From Raillietiella orientalis (lineage: Eukaryota): 64,000 bases of DNA. The notes beneath the pieces are model-generated. The model saw only the letters and a list, made by a program, of their open reading frames with translations. It did not search any database and was not told the origin of the DNA. The DNA lies in contig JAYWIR010000027.1 in assembly GCA_036172245.1 (NCBI GenBank), positions 1-64,000 on the forward strand, written 5' to 3'. The position numbers and the translations under genes were made by a program. Positions 62,506 to 64,000 of this stretch are shown here, piece after piece. Numbering within the stretch: the stretch's first letter is position 1; each line of letters starts with the position of its first letter.

Positions 62506-63257
62506 TCAAACGGATTCTTTTTCACGGCCCTGCAATCCCTTCCCTCGCTCCGATATTGGTTCCCTATGCAATTTTTGAGTGCGTTTAGCAACGAAAGTTT
62601 CGAATTTCAGCGCATTATTAGAATAGTTGGTAATTCTGGGTTTCCATGTTGCCATAGTGCCACCGTTTGCATTTTTAGAATGTGTTTCTTTGTGTGTGGT
62701 GTCACGTGATTCCTTCCAAGGCGTTAATTCAATACACATGGCGATTACTTGCTGTCACCCTACACATGAGGAGGTTCTCCAAAGACATTTATTGCTGGGA
62801 TGTTCGTTGGGGCGTGGCATCCGTGGAGGGCTAAGCAAGTGGAACGAATGACTATATTGAATACATATTTAATCATCGATGCAAAAACAGATGTATTTAT
62901 TTAGATGATTGGACATGTGCTTAGATGTATGTACACGTTTTCAATCGTGAATTTTTTTTTGTCCATATAGAAATGTTTCTGTTCGCGCCTTTTTCCATTT
63001 TTTTTTCTGGATTCCTTTTTAAGTGGACTATCACTGCATGTGGTGAATGCTCGCAATTTCTGGAAATAATCCACACCGTATGTGGTGTACCGAGAGTGGA
63101 TCCCATCCCACGTACGGAAGTTATGGAACCTTATTTGCAGTGGGAGACGAGAATCCAGTCGATACTTATCGCCCACTGCAAATCCTTTTCCCGTCTTCAG
63201 TTGTGTACGTAAAGTGTCAGCAGCGAACGGTCCTGGATTGAGCCTTCTAGGAACCAC
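62506..63257 (-). mobile_element. Degenerate L1/Tx1-like ORF2 fragments
   Basis: NFRTWDGIHSRYTTYGVDYFQKL (62901..63257, zf-RVT-start-like) and LTPWKESR...KFETFVAKRTQKLHREPISERGKGL (62506..62739). Confidence 0.35.
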
Positions 63258-63602
63258 GGTTCCGGAAGACTCAAGCCGTCATCATCCTGGTGACACGTGG
63301 GCACTTATCTTTGGGTGCTTTTTGCTTTCTCGTCCAGGATCGAGTAGAACAGGCACGCTTCCGACGTTCCAGAGCACACCGTTCCGTGTGACGTAGGGGT
63401 ACAAATGCTCCTCCAGTCACAGTTTATCCCATAGCGTCCTCCCATCTCCTCCCGTCCGCGTGTTCCGAGCGAGCGAAACGGAGGCTACCGACACTGCCCG
63501 CTTCTAGGGTCGAGCGCAGGGCGAGCTGCGGAAGATGGCTGTCCCTCTTTGTCACTGCATTCCCACTAAAACGTGGGTTTTCATCGGTTCATCCGAGGCA
63601 CC

Positions 63603-63608
63603 TTTATT
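63603..63608 (-). terminator. Polyadenylation signal of the CTL-like gene
   Basis: TTTATT on the plus strand (AATAAA on minus), about 60 nt after the stop codon. Confidence 0.55.
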
Positions 63609-63667
63609 GGTAGCGGATCACACGACTTGCCAAACCTTGGCTGAATCCTTCGGAGGTTCCCTAACGA

Positions 63668-64000
63668 TCACTTCTTCTTCTTCGACGCTTCCAGAGCTTT
63701 GTGGCTGTCGTGGATGAAGTGCTGTGGATAGATCAGAGCAAGTGAGTGACCTCGTGCGAGAGCCACAGCACATCAAACAGCGAAACGTCCCTCTCGTTCC
63801 TTTCGCAACCATGGCAACCGCGAGCACGGCCGCGCAAGATGACTCCCAGCCTCGAGTTGATGGGTCGACGAAACCCCGATTTCCCCCTTGCGTACTCCCA
63901 TGCCGAGTTCGAACCACTCACGAGCGTCGCCCGCGTGACCCTTACCATCAGCCTCTTGCTCATGTAGTAAGGCTTCTCGACCCCATCGTTGAGTTTGGAA
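63668..64000 (-). CDS. 3' end of a choline transporter-like (SLC44/CTL family, CTL1-like) gene; exons 64000(partial)-63946 and 63721-63668
   Basis: Spliced translation ...SKLNDGVEKPYYMSKRLM|HFIHDSHKALEASKKKK*. NDG--KPYYMS--LM is the SLC44 C-terminal motif. The 224-nt phase-0 intron runs GTAAGG...ctgatctatccacAG. Confidence 0.82.

Overview
Eukaryotic genomic DNA, probably from an arthropod-like animal (spliceosomal introns, a U12-type intron, a ONECUT fragment, a mariner relic). Bases 1 to about 29,615 are a tandem satellite of about 104 monomers of 286 bp. The monomers fall into variant classes arranged in irregular higher-order repeats, and the array decays into relic monomers up to about 30.5 kb. 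The many 82-88 aa ORFs there are by-products of the repeat. From about 33 to 63 kb, my by-eye reading of the six-frame track finds roughly 19 mutually diverged, frameshifted fragments resembling the post-RT part of L1/Tx1-clade non-LTR retrotransposon ORF2. All lie on the minus strand, and I recognised no RT catalytic core in any of them. This polarised fragment array is the most unusual feature, and it needs HMM confirmation. Embedded in it are: a near-identical ~840-bp duplicated block (37.5 and 59.5 kb) with three GC palindromes and promoter-like motifs, an orphan ONECUT N-terminal fragment, a fold-back mariner relic, and an intact 3-exon SmE (SNRPE) gene whose first intron is U12-type. The window ends in the last two exons of a minus-strand SLC44/CTL choline-transporter-like gene.
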